Source: Halobacillus andaensis (GTDB lineage: Bacteria > Bacillota > Bacilli > Bacillales > Halobacillaceae). From it: a DNA stretch of 24,000 bases. Both the position numbers and the translations under genes were made by a program. Numbering within the stretch: the first letter of the stretch is position 1; every line of letters begins with the position of its first letter. The stretch spans positions 496,451 to 520,450 of the forward strand of contig NZ_BMEL01000004.1 in the NCBI RefSeq assembly GCF_014636475.1, in the 5' to 3' direction. Positions 15,301-23,624 of this stretch are shown in pieces. The notes below the pieces were generated by a model. It worked only from the letters and a program-made list of their open reading frames with translations. It had not been told where the DNA came from and ran no database searches.

Positions 15301-15547
15301 TTTGTGCCTCTGTAGCTTATAAAAGAGAAGACCTGATTTTATGTACCATAGATTCACTTAGAGGGGTCGCCTATTTAATGAAAGAATTTAATATTTTGCA
15401 AAAGAAGATAAAATTAAAATACTCAAAAGTTAAGAAAGGAAAAGGTAAGGAGAAAAATTTAAAAAATAATCAAGTTTAACAAGGCTTCTTACAGGAAACA
15501 TACTAACTAGAACGCAGATAACGAAGAAAAAGGAGTCGATTTAGTTT

Positions 15548-16357
15548 ATGGATTTAAATAAAGAAATTAAGAAACTAGAAAACATACACTTAGAAAAGCC
15601 CCAGCAAGTTTTTACAATGTATTTAAATACTGATCCTTCTGATCCTGATCAACAGGGTGGAGAATGGAAAATTCATTTGAAAAATGGATTGAATAATTTT
15701 GAATCCTATTTGAAAGAAGACGGAGATTCTGATGAAAAGAGAAACTTCTGGGCTGTCAAAGAGAAAGTTCAAAACTTTATTGAAGAAAATGAACAGCAGT
15801 TTGCTAAAAGTGCTGTAGTCATCGCTACAGGTGATGATACAGTTTGGTTTGCTGAACGTTTTCAAATGCCAGTAGAGAGCGAATTTTATTGGGAATCAGA
15901 GCCAGTGTTAGATCAATTAAAACAAATGAGAGAAAAATTTCCTAAAACAGGAATTATCTTGACTCAAAAAAATCAAATTAAGTGTATTGATGCGAATCTA
16001 GGTATGGTAAATGATACTCAACTATTTGAACTAGATTTAGATACTGAAGATTGGCGCCAGCATCAAGGACCTCACCGAGCAAATGCTTCTATGGGGAGCG
16101 GTGGAGCTAAAAATTCGAAACAAGATCAATTCGAAGAACGGTTTGAGGCTAATCGCTACCGTTGGTATAAGAGTGTAGCTCCAAAGCTTGATAAGCTAGC
16201 CAAAGAATACGACTGGGAACGTATTTATATGGTAGGAGATAAAGAAGAATTGAAAGATTTAGATGATAATATGAATAAGCCAGTGAATGAATTTGTAAAT
16301 AAGAACTTGTTAGACCATGAAGAATCGAAGGTCGTAAATGAAGTTATTACTCAATAG
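15548..16357 (+). CDS. aeRF1-like (VLRF1/baeRF-type) release-factor-fold protein
   Basis: 269 aa. The central region TGIILTQKNQIKCIDANLG...FELDLD...GSGGAKNSKQDQFEERFEANRYRWYKSVA parallels the eRF1 M domain (GFIVMDG..L.G...F.VDLP..HGRGGQSALRFARLR...Y..KVAE). Confidence 0.55.
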   Translation: MDLNKEIKKLENIHLEKPQQVFTMYLNTDPSDPDQQGGEWKIHLKNGLNNFESYLKEDGDSDEKRNFWAVKEKVQNFIEENEQQFAKSAVVIATGDDTVWFAERFQMPVESEFYWESEPVLDQLKQMREKFPKTGIILTQKNQIKCIDANLGMVNDTQLFELDLDTEDWRQHQGPHRANASMGSGGAKNSKQDQFEERFEANRYRWYKSVAPKLDKLAKEYDWERIYMVGDKEELKDLDDNMNKPVNEFVNKNLLDHEESKVVNEVITQ

Positions 16358-16377
16358 GGAAATTATATTGAAATAAT

Positions 16378-16411
16378 AAAAAGAGCTGAACTTAGGTTCA
16401 GCTCTTTTTTT
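16378..16411 (+). terminator. Rho-independent terminator
   Basis: Stem AGAGCTGAAC / GTTCAGCTCT followed by a T7 run. Confidence 0.85.
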
Positions 16412-16522
16412 GTCTAAAAATGAATGATTTTGTCTAAGGTCCAAGCGTAACAGTTATACATAAGTGTTAACAATATGATAAAATAGTATTCAATGAAAAT
16501 AAGAGAAGAGGAGCTTTCAAGT

Positions 16523-16828
16523 ATGTACGTTGTCGATTCAACCGTAGTTGTCCCCAATCATAAAGCGGATGAATTAATTTCCATTTATCAAAATCGCTCC
16601 CGTCTAGTCGATGAAGCTGAAGGTTTCTTAACGTTTCAATTACTGCAAAACGAACGAAAACCTGGGGAGTTAACCGTTCACATGGAATGGAAAGATAAAC
16701 AGTCTTATTTAAATTGGGCACGTAGCGAACAATTTAAAAAAATCCATGAGCTTGAAAAGAACTATCCAGACCAGGAATTACAGGGCATTGTACCTCAAGT
16801 GAAAAAATATGAGGTAGTCGCTCAATGA
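16523..16828 (+). CDS. ABM (antibiotic-biosynthesis-monooxygenase fold) protein, first gene of the operon
   Basis: The ATG at 16523 lies 9 nt after AAGAGGAG. MYVVDSTVVVP...LTVHMEWKDKQSYLNWARSEQFKKIH is an ABM ferredoxin-like pattern. Confidence 0.7.
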   Translation: MYVVDSTVVVPNHKADELISIYQNRSRLVDEAEGFLTFQLLQNERKPGELTVHMEWKDKQSYLNWARSEQFKKIHELEKNYPDQELQGIVPQVKKYEVVAQ

Positions 16829-17181
16829 ATAATCGTGAAAAAGATCAACTAGTCGGTCGAGTTGTTGAAGAAATTTACAAGGCTCACCCTACATTATGGG
16901 ATCGTTTTGGACAAAATGGACGTGACCGAACGGAAGAAGATAATTATCATCATATTGATCATTTATATGCATCTTATGAAATGAAAAGTGCCGAATTCTT
17001 CTTAGATTATACGTCGTGGTTGGAAAATGTTCTAACTTCTCGAGGAGTGGGTACCGAATTAATTATTGATAATTACGAAAGGTTAATTCGCCATTTAGTA
17101 GTGATGGACTGGGAAGATGAACGAGAAAAAGATTCATTTATAAATCATTTGAAGCTTGCGTTGGAAAATTTGCGTGAGTGA
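16825..17181 (+). CDS. Cys-free, His-rich all-alpha protein of unknown function (118 aa)
   Basis: ATGA overlap with the ABM stop and a GAGGT RBS. It carries the His cluster EEDNYHHIDHLYASYE. The helix-forming composition is my inference. Confidence 0.6.
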   Translation: MNNREKDQLVGRVVEEIYKAHPTLWDRFGQNGRDRTEEDNYHHIDHLYASYEMKSAEFFLDYTSWLENVLTSRGVGTELIIDNYERLIRHLVVMDWEDEREKDSFINHLKLALENLRE

Positions 17182-17861
17182 TTGCAATAAGAGGTGAGAC
17201 TTTGAAACAACATCATGAAACATTAGCCCACTATTTTCTGGATGGTGACGAAGATCAGGCGCTGATATTTATAGAACAATTGTTAGTTGAGCACCCGAGA
17301 CTTTATTTATATGAGGACATCATTACACCAGCGATGTATCATGTAGGAGAACTATGGGAAAGAAACGAAATTTCTGTGGCGGATGAACACCTTGCTACAG
17401 CTATTTGTGATTTTGTATTATCTAAGATAGAAGCTGAAGCATTAAATATTCGTGGAGATCGACAAAAGAGTTTTAAAGCTTTGCTCTTCGGTGTGGAAGA
17501 GGAACAGCATTATATAGGCTTGAAAATGGTAGCTGATACTTTTAAAGAGCAAGGGTGGCGAGTTCGATATCTAGGCCCTAATTTAGGGGGGGAACATTCT
17601 CTGACTCAGATTCACCGTTATAAGCCGCATGTAATAGGCTTATCAGCTGCTCTTTCTTATCGTTTACCTGCGTTAAAGAAATTAGTCAATGAATTTCGCA
17701 GGTTAGAGTGGAAACCTTTAATTATGATTGGCGGAAGAATGGCCAAGAAATTTGAGCTAGAGGAATTAGAGTCTGATCAAGTGGTGATTATGAAAGACTT
17801 AAACCACTTGAATCAATGGTTTAAAGAAGGAAGGGCAGGCGTCGTGAATGAAACAAGCTGA
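17178..17861 (+). CDS. Stand-alone cobalamin (B12)-binding protein, CarH-type helix bundle plus Rossmann, no DNA-binding domain
   Basis: VGELWERNEISVADEHLAT gives W-x9-E-H. EEQHYIGLKMVADTFKEQGWRVRYLG gives E-x-H-x-x-G. The start is either the GTG at 17178 (GTGA overlap) or the TTG at 17202, which follows AAGAGGTGAG. Confidence 0.75.
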   Translation: MIAIRGETLKQHHETLAHYFLDGDEDQALIFIEQLLVEHPRLYLYEDIITPAMYHVGELWERNEISVADEHLATAICDFVLSKIEAEALNIRGDRQKSFKALLFGVEEEQHYIGLKMVADTFKEQGWRVRYLGPNLGGEHSLTQIHRYKPHVIGLSAALSYRLPALKKLVNEFRRLEWKPLIMIGGRMAKKFELEELESDQVVIMKDLNHLNQWFKEGRAGVVNETS

Positions 17862-18609
17862 ACGTTCCTTCCCGTTACCTTATTTTAAAATTAATAAAAA
17901 CTTCATTGTGCAATCTTTTTCGAAGGAAGCGAGTATACTGTGTGGCACCCCGGAGAACCTTCTTGATATTGTTGATGAAGAAAGTGTAGATAAAGTGAAA
18001 AAGTGGGTGTCTCCAGACCTTCATAATTCTGCACTAGAGATTCATTTAAAGCCTTTAAATGGGGAAGTAGAACCATTAACTGCTGATATGTATGTTACTT
18101 GGAATAACGACTTGTATGCAGAAGTCATTGTCATGGTTAAAGATGAGAAGTTGACTAAAGTAACAAATACGTTACATCAACTAAGATCAAGATTGAATGA
18201 AACCAATTTTGAATTACTTGAAGAAAAAGAAAAGCTGGAAGAAGCCATCGAACAGAACAATAAGCTTTCGGCTCCTTTTATAGAACTAACGAACGATACA
18301 GCACTGATTCCTTTATTTGGAGATTTAACCTCTGAGAAAATGCAAACGGTAGAAGATTACTTGCTCCAATCTTCGCAAAAAGAGGATATCGATCGACTGT
18401 TATTTGACTTTACAGCGGTTGGCGAGATGAACAGGGAGGGTGTCCATGTACTGGCAAACATGATGACCTCTCTCTTTTATATGGGTACTGAGATCATCGT
18501 TATTGGAGTTAAACCTAAGCAAGCAAAACAGCTTTACGAGCTTGATGTGCCTCTCGAAGTCAAATTTCTTCACTCATTGCAGCAAGCGATTTCTAAATAT
18601 TGTTTATAA
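17848..18609 (+). CDS. PAS-like / coiled-coil / STAS-domain protein (RsbR/YtvA-like architecture)
   Basis: It overlaps the upstream ORF by 14 nt. The linker is heptad-rich (LHQLRSRLNETNFELLEEKEKLEEAIEQNNKL). The C-terminus PFIELTNDTALIPLFGDLT...LLFDFTAVGEMNREGVHVL...IIVIGVKPKQAKQL follows the STAS pattern. Confidence 0.7.
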   Translation: MKQAERSFPLPYFKINKNFIVQSFSKEASILCGTPENLLDIVDEESVDKVKKWVSPDLHNSALEIHLKPLNGEVEPLTADMYVTWNNDLYAEVIVMVKDEKLTKVTNTLHQLRSRLNETNFELLEEKEKLEEAIEQNNKLSAPFIELTNDTALIPLFGDLTSEKMQTVEDYLLQSSQKEDIDRLLFDFTAVGEMNREGVHVLANMMTSLFYMGTEIIVIGVKPKQAKQLYELDVPLEVKFLHSLQQAISKYCL

Positions 18610-18612
18610 AAA

Positions 18613-18640
18613 GTGACTCGATCCTCGGGTCGCTTTTTTT
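18613..18640 (+). terminator. Operon terminator
   Basis: Stem GTGACTCGA / TCGGGTCGC (with G-U pairs) followed by a T7 run. Confidence 0.75.
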
Positions 18641-18665
18641 GTCATAAGCAAAAGACTTTCATATA

Positions 18666-18687
18666 ATACCATACAGGGGTATAGTAT
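18666..18687. promoter_or_regulatory. CsoR operator
   Basis: ATACCATACAGGGGTATAGTAT is a TACC...GGGGTA pseudo-palindrome like the B. subtilis copZA operator. It lies 33 nt upstream of csoR. Confidence 0.65.
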
Positions 18688-18719
18688 TAAGTAACAATAA
18701 CGTTGAGGGGTGTAACGAT

Positions 18720-19034
18720 ATGGTGGATCAATTACCAGAAAACAGTGGGAAGAAACCAGTAAAAAAGAGGTCGGAAGATGAAAAAACTCAAGTGATCAAT
18801 CGGTTAAAACGAATAGAAGGTCAGGTTAGAGGAATACAAAGTATGGTTGAGGACGATCGTTATTGTGTAGATATTCTTGTACAGATTTCGGCCATTGATT
18901 CGGCTTTGCAAAAAGTAGGGTATTCACTCATGGAAAGACACGCGAAGCACTGCGTAAGTGATGCTGTACGTTCGGGAAATGGTGAAGAGGCGATGGATGA
19001 ATTAATTAAAGTAATGAAACAATTTAGTAAATAA
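18720..19034 (+). CDS. csoR: Copper-sensing repressor CsoR
   Basis: RLKRIEGQVRGIQSMVEDDRYCVDILVQISA...HAKHC contains the C-H-C ligand set. Confidence 0.9.
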   Translation: MVDQLPENSGKKPVKKRSEDEKTQVINRLKRIEGQVRGIQSMVEDDRYCVDILVQISAIDSALQKVGYSLMERHAKHCVSDAVRSGNGEEAMDELIKVMKQFSK

Positions 19035-19046
19035 GGGGTGATATAG

Positions 19047-21425
19047 ATGGAAAAGCAAATTTCTCTTCCTATTGAGGGAATGACATGTTCAGCTTGCTCC
19101 TCACGAATTGAAAAAGTCTTAAACAAAATGAATGGAGTCACGGCTCAGGTTAATTTAGCTATTGAAAGAGCTGAAGTGAAGTATGATGATCAACAAGTAA
19201 GTTCAAATGAGGTAGTCAATGAAATTGAAAGGCTAGGATATAATGTGGCTGAAGCAAAAGAAGAGTTTAACGTATCAGGAATGACGTGTGCCGCGTGTTC
19301 TTCTCGTATCGAGAAGGTCCTTCAAAAAACTCCTGGTGTAAAATCAGCCTCAGTCAACTTAGCGAATGAAACGGCTAACGTTTCTTTTACTGAAGGCATG
19401 GTTACTACCGACTCTATTATTAAAAAGGTTAACCAGCTTGGTTACGAAGCAAAGGTTAGGGAAAATGAAGAACTTTCGAATCAACGAAAAGAAGATGAAT
19501 TAGTTCGCAAAAAGAAATATTTAGTGGCTTCAACGCTTCTTTCCTTTCCGCTTCTTTTAACCATGCTAGATCACTTATTAGGTATCTCGTTACCTATGAT
19601 ATTTATGAACCCCTGGTTCCAATTTGCATTAGCTACTCCCGTGCAATTTGTAATTGGTTGGCAGTTTTACCGCGGGGCTTACCATACGCTTAAGAACAAA
19701 AGCGCGAATATGGATGTATTAATAGCTTTAGGCACAAGCGCAGCCTATTTTTACAGCTTAAGCGAAGCTATTCGGTTCAGTGCGGGGGCCTCCGGGGAAG
19801 TACATTTGTATTTTGAAACAAGTGCCATTTTAATTACTTTAGTGTTACTAGGAAAGTATTTTGAAACTAGAGCTAAAGGAAGAACAACACAAGCTTTATC
19901 CGCCTTGCTTAATTTACAGGCCAAAGAAGCAACTGTCTTACGAAATGGAGAGGAAATAACGATACCTCTAAAAGAAGTAGAGGTAGAGGATATCGTTATC
20001 GTAAAGCCAGGTGAAAAAATTCCAGTAGACGGTGTCGTCGTTAGTGGAGAAACTCATGTTGATGAATCTATGATTACCGGTGAATCCATGCCTGTATCTA
20101 AACAAATGGGCGAAGAAGTAATAGGAGCCACCTTGAATAAAAATGGTTCTATACAAATGAAGGCTACGAAAGTAGGGAAGGATACAGCTTTAGCCTCTAT
20201 TGTAAAGGTTGTAGAGGAGGCTCAAGGATCTAAAGCACCCATACAACGGATGGCTGATGTCATTTCAGGTTATTTTGTACCCATTGTTGTAGCCATTGCC
20301 ATGCTTACTTTTGTAGTGTGGATTAGTTTTATTGATCCTGGTTCAATGGCTTCAGCGCTTGTGGCTTCTATAGCAGTATTAGTAATTGCTTGTCCATGTG
20401 CTCTAGGGTTAGCAACCCCCACTTCAATTATGGTAGGAACAGGTAAAGGGGCAGAAATGGGTATTTTATTTAAAGGTGGAGTATACTTGGAGAAAGCACA
20501 AAGTGTGAATACCGTGGTATTTGATAAAACAGGCACAATAACAAATGGTAAACCTGAAGTCACTGACTTTACGGCCGATGGAGAGACATTGGATTTAGTT
20601 GTAAGTGCCGAAAAACGATCAGAACATCCGCTCGCTGAAGCAATCACTAAATATGGTCAACTGAAGCAAGCGATCATTTATGATGTAAGTGAATTTACAG
20701 CTATAACAGGTCAGGGTTTAAAAGCAGATGTCGATCAAAAATCAATATTAATTGGAAATAGGAAGTTATTTAATGAGCAAAGTGTGGAATACACCCAATA
20801 TGAAAGCCAAATGACTGATTTAGAGAATGAAGGAAAAACGGTAATGCTTATAGGTGTAAACGGCGAAGTAAAAGGGTTACTAGCTGTTATGGACACCATT
20901 AAGGAGTCTGCCAAGCATGCTTTAAATCAACTTAAAGAGCAAGGGAATCAGTTAATATTACTCACAGGCGATAACCGGCGAGCAGCACATCACATTGCCG
21001 CTCAAGCTGGAATAGATAAGGTGATTGCTGAAGTGCTGCCTGAACAAAAAGCGGAAGAAATTGAAAACCTTCGTAAAGAAGGTTATGTGGTAGCCATGGT
21101 TGGAGACGGAATAAATGATGCTCCTGCTTTAGCTATTAGTGACTTAGGAATAGCAATTGGCACAGGTACAGATGTAGCTATTGAAGCTGCAGATTTAACT
21201 ATACTAGGTGGAGATTTAGAACTTATTCCTAAAGCCTTTGAACTTAGCAGGAAAACGATGAAGAACATTCGTCAAAACTTGTTTTGGGCACTTGCTTATA
21301 ATACAGCCGGTATTCCTGTAGCAGCTTTAGGATTGCTGGCTCCGTGGATTGCAGGGGCAGCGATGGCTTTCAGTTCAGTTAGTGTAGTTTCTAATTCATT
21401 AAGGTTGAAAAAACTAAAATTGTAA
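19047..21425 (+). CDS. copA: Copper-exporting P1B-type ATPase
   Basis: Two HMA domains ([24 protein letters not shown]), plus CPC, DKTGT, TGES and GDGINDAP motifs. Confidence 0.95.
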   Translation: MEKQISLPIEGMTCSACSSRIEKVLNKMNGVTAQVNLAIERAEVKYDDQQVSSNEVVNEIERLGYNVAEAKEEFNVSGMTCAACSSRIEKVLQKTPGVKSASVNLANETANVSFTEGMVTTDSIIKKVNQLGYEAKVRENEELSNQRKEDELVRKKKYLVASTLLSFPLLLTMLDHLLGISLPMIFMNPWFQFALATPVQFVIGWQFYRGAYHTLKNKSANMDVLIALGTSAAYFYSLSEAIRFSAGASGEVHLYFETSAILITLVLLGKYFETRAKGRTTQALSALLNLQAKEATVLRNGEEITIPLKEVEVEDIVIVKPGEKIPVDGVVVSGETHVDESMITGESMPVSKQMGEEVIGATLNKNGSIQMKATKVGKDTALASIVKVVEEAQGSKAPIQRMADVISGYFVPIVVAIAMLTFVVWISFIDPGSMASALVASIAVLVIACPCALGLATPTSIMVGTGKGAEMGILFKGGVYLEKAQSVNTVVFDKTGTITNGKPEVTDFTADGETLDLVVSAEKRSEHPLAEAITKYGQLKQAIIYDVSEFTAITGQGLKADVDQKSILIGNRKLFNEQSVEYTQYESQMTDLENEGKTVMLIGVNGEVKGLLAVMDTIKESAKHALNQLKEQGNQLILLTGDNRRAAHHIAAQAGIDKVIAEVLPEQKAEEIENLRKEGYVVAMVGDGINDAPALAISDLGIAIGTGTDVAIEAADLTILGGDLELIPKAFELSRKTMKNIRQNLFWALAYNTAGIPVAALGLLAPWIAGAAMAFSSVSVVSNSLRLKKLKL

Positions 21426-21444
21426 TAGAAAGGTGATGTTTTGA

Positions 21445-21651
21445 ATGCAATTGACACTAGAAGTAAACGGTATGAGTTGTGGGCACTGCGAGAAATCAGT
21501 AAAAGATGCTTTAAACACTTTAGAAGGTGTACATGGAGTGAATGTAGATCTTACAAGTGGAAAAGTGGATGTTACTTTTGATGAAGCTTATGTTACTAAA
21601 AGTATGATGAAAGAAGCTATTGAAGCCCAAGGTTATGAACCTGTGGGTTAA
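21445..21651 (+). CDS. copZ: Copper chaperone CopZ
   Basis: 68-aa HMA fold with the motif GMSCGHCEKSV. Confidence 0.9.
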   Translation: MQLTLEVNGMSCGHCEKSVKDALNTLEGVHGVNVDLTSGKVDVTFDEAYVTKSMMKEAIEAQGYEPVG

Positions 21652-21660
21652 GAAGAAAGA

Positions 21661-21694
21661 AAAGGCCCAATTCGAACGTTCGAATTGGGCCTTT
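21661..21694. terminator. Bidirectional terminator
   Basis: A perfect 34-nt palindrome AAAGGCCCAATTCGAACGTTCGAATTGGGCCTTT between convergent genes. Confidence 0.85.
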
Positions 21695-21698
21695 AATC

Positions 21699-22034
21699 TT
21701 ATTGAACAGCGTAAGGAAGCTGATTTTTATAACCAGAAAACTGTTGATAAGAATTCTGAACCTTTGTTTGTTCTGCTTGTTCAAGAGCATACCATCCGTT
21801 TTTAAACATGAGATTGTAAAGGTTTCGCTGACAATCTTGTGTTTCTTTAAATATCGTAGCTAGGTCTTGATACAAAGTCTGATTACTCGCTTCATTAAGT
21901 GCGATATTGTAGGCGCCTGTCATGTATTTTTCAGTGGTTAATAAATCATTGACGAAATCTCGCTCGTTCATCTGAGGCGTTTTAGGAATTTGGGTTTCTG
22001 GATTTTGAATTTTATTTTGCTGATTTTGCTGCAT
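21699..22034 (-). CDS. Spore coat protein, CotF family
   Basis: The ATG at 22034 follows AAGGAGTG. DLLTTEKYMTGAYNIALNEASNQTLYQDL...NLYNLMFKNGWY is the Coat_F pattern. Confidence 0.75.
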   Translation of the reverse strand: MQQNQQNKIQNPETQIPKTPQMNERDFVNDLLTTEKYMTGAYNIALNEASNQTLYQDLATIFKETQDCQRNLYNLMFKNGWYALEQAEQTKVQNSYQQFSGYKNQLPYAVQ

Positions 22035-22046
22035 AACGAACACTCC

Positions 22047-22310
22047 TTAATTCATTTTTTGTGGGCTTGTATTTAAATGCTCTAAAATTTTGTTGTAATG
22101 ACGCTGATGCATTTGACCTGCGTCTTCTAATGCTTGTTGCAATTCAGGGGTCTGACACTGTTCAGCAAAGAAGTGAGCTTTTTTACAAGCGTTCAAGTTC
22201 CAAGAAAGCATATCAGTAATGTAAAGCTGATCCTTAGTACTAACGATTTCAGGCACTTGTTCCATTGGTTGAGATCCCTGCACATTAGGGTTTACGTTCT
22301 GCTGTTGCAT
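22047..22310 (-). CDS. Small CotF-like spore coat protein (87 aa)
   Basis: The ATG at 22310 follows AAGGAGG. DQLYITDMLSWNLNACKKAHFFAEQC...MHQRHYNKILEHL. It lies 12 nt upstream of the next CotF gene. The track N-terminal extension has no RBS. Confidence 0.6.
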   Translation of the reverse strand: MQQQNVNPNVQGSQPMEQVPEIVSTKDQLYITDMLSWNLNACKKAHFFAEQCQTPELQQALEDAGQMHQRHYNKILEHLNTSPQKMN

Positions 22311-22339
22311 ATATTCGTCCTCCTTTTTTAAAATCACTT

Positions 22340-22369
22340 TTAATATGCCCGAATATCTGTCGAATATGA
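22340..22369 (-). promoter_or_regulatory. Candidate mother-cell (sigma-E-type) promoter for the CotF pair
   Basis: Minus strand: TCATATT, 15-nt spacer, CATATTAA. The consensus is ZHATAXX-14-CATACAHT, so the match is imperfect. Confidence 0.3.
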
Positions 22370-22533
22370 TAGAAATTACAGGGTGGGAAAAGGTTAATTC
22401 ATGCGAAATTGTACCCAATTTTGTAAACTGGTGATAAAATATAAATATGTTATCGTTTACAATACAAAATATTTTTATAATTTCAGTGCCAAAGGTATAG
22501 AGAATTTAATATTTTCTTGGGGGTAGGGGTTTG

Positions 22534-23451
22534 ATGGAACAAATTTTAAGGAACTTCTTCTTATTTTTATCTAAAAATAAATTTTTTACGAAACTGGCTA
22601 GACGATACGGATTACGTTTCGGTGCGGGACGTTTTGTAGCCGGGGAAACGATACCTAATGCTGTGAATACGATACAAAAGTTAAATGGCCAGGGGATGAG
22701 CGTCACCATCGATCATTTGGGTGAATTTATTGATACAGAAAAAGAAGCTAGAGAAGCTGCGGATGAATGCATTGAAGCTGTTAAAGCTATTGCTGAGCAT
22801 AAACTGGATTCACAGCTGTCTCTAAAGTTAACATCTATGGGGTTAGACATTTCTTATGAGCTAGCTTTAGAAAACATGAAGAGAATTTTACAAGTGGCTG
22901 AAGAAAAAGATGTCTTTATAACGATCGACATGGAAGACTTTGAAAGATGCCAAAAGACCATAAAATTATTTAAAGAACTGCGAACTGAATATAACAATAT
23001 AGGTACTGTTATTCAATCTTATTTATATCGAGCTGTAGAAGATATTGAAGATTTAAATCAGTACAACCCTAATTTAAGACTTGTAAAAGGGGCATATAAA
23101 GAGTCACCTAAAGTAGCTTTTCCAGATAAAAAAGATGTTGATGAGAACTATAAAAAGATTATAAAAATGCACTTGCTTAACGGGAATTATACAGCTGTAG
23201 CCACTCATGACGATGCAATGATTGAGTACACTTTAAAGGTTGTTCAGGAGCATAATATTCCGTTAGATCAATTTGAATTTCAAATGTTATATGGTATTCG
23301 AGTGGAGCGGCAGGAAGAATTAGTTAAAGAAGGATATAAAATGAGAGTTTATGTGCCTTATGGTACGGATTGGTATGGTTATTTTATGAGGCGTTTAGCG
23401 GAACGGCCGGCGAATGTAGCGTTTGTATTAAAAGGAGTTGTTGGAAAATAA
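22534..23451 (+). CDS. fadM: Proline dehydrogenase
   Basis: The start of the protein (...GAGRFVAGETIPNAV...) through ...YVPYG.DWYGYFMRRLAERPANV is a full-length PutB/FadM pattern. The position upstream of fadN matches B. subtilis yusM. The ATG at 22534 follows the track TTG. Confidence 0.85.
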   Translation: MEQILRNFFLFLSKNKFFTKLARRYGLRFGAGRFVAGETIPNAVNTIQKLNGQGMSVTIDHLGEFIDTEKEAREAADECIEAVKAIAEHKLDSQLSLKLTSMGLDISYELALENMKRILQVAEEKDVFITIDMEDFERCQKTIKLFKELRTEYNNIGTVIQSYLYRAVEDIEDLNQYNPNLRLVKGAYKESPKVAFPDKKDVDENYKKIIKMHLLNGNYTAVATHDDAMIEYTLKVVQEHNIPLDQFEFQMLYGIRVERQEELVKEGYKMRVYVPYGTDWYGYFMRRLAERPANVAFVLKGVVGK

Positions 23452-23500
23452 TCAAGTATGTCGGACGAGGGTCTGACATACTTGATTTCTTTTTATTTTT
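23450..23500 (+). terminator. Rho-independent terminator
   Basis: 13-bp stem AATCAAGTATGTC / GACATACTTGATT followed by TCTTTTTATTTTT. Confidence 0.8.
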
Positions 23501-23508
23501 GAAAACGA

Positions 23509-23537
23509 TTGCGAAATATCAGAATATAATTTATAGT
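23509..23537 (+). promoter_or_regulatory. Sigma-A promoter of fadN
   Basis: TTGCGA, 17-nt spacer, TATAGT. Confidence 0.5.
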
Positions 23538-23585
23538 AGAAATAGATACCAATATTTGCACCAAAATATTTTTTTACCTGTAAAA

Positions 23586-23603
23586 TGAATGAGTGTTCAT
23601 TCA
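23586..23603. promoter_or_regulatory. FadR (YsiA) box
   Basis: TGAATGAGTGTTCATTCA has palindromic arms TGAATGA / TCATTCA. It lies between the promoter and the fadN RBS. Confidence 0.7.
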
Positions 23604-23624
23604 AAAAGTGATAGGGGGATAAAA

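Noticed and set aside
15378-15479. 33-codon Lys-rich ORF (MKEFNILQKKIKLKYSKVKKGKGKEKNLKNNQV) in the AT-rich region upstream of the aeRF1-like gene
   Set aside because: The Lys richness is what A-rich DNA gives in any frame. GAGGGG lies 11 nt from the ATG, which is poor spacing. I cannot support it as coding.
14269-16721. Antisense ORFs 14269-14541, 15623-15865 and 16467-16721
   Set aside because: They lie opposite well-supported CDSs (opuAC-like, aeRF1-like, ABM) and have no translation signals.
16523-16828. Calling the ABM protein an IsdG/HmoB-type haem oxygenase that supplies a bilin chromophore
   Set aside because: A W-x10-H spacing like IsdG is present (WARSEQFKKIH), but the N-terminal catalytic Asn position appears to be Ser or Thr. 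The similarity is too generic, so I kept this only as an untested idea.
16825-17181. Assigning the 118-aa helical protein to the globin or phycobiliprotein-like fold
   Set aside because: The only basis is a loose resemblance of the motif R-x-E-E-D-N-Y-H-H-I-D-H-L-Y-A-S-Y to the bilin-binding helix. The protein has no Cys. This cannot be supported without profile or structure searches.
18860-21268. Antisense ORFs within csoR and copA (18860-19141, 19968-20156, 20270-20647, 21083-21268)
   Set aside because: They are shadow frames of strongly supported genes.
21620-23588. ORFs 21620-21805 (+), 22134-22331 (+), 22506-22709 (-) and 23370-23588 (+)
   Set aside because: They overlap terminators or promoters, or run antisense to the CotF and fadM genes. 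None has an RBS.
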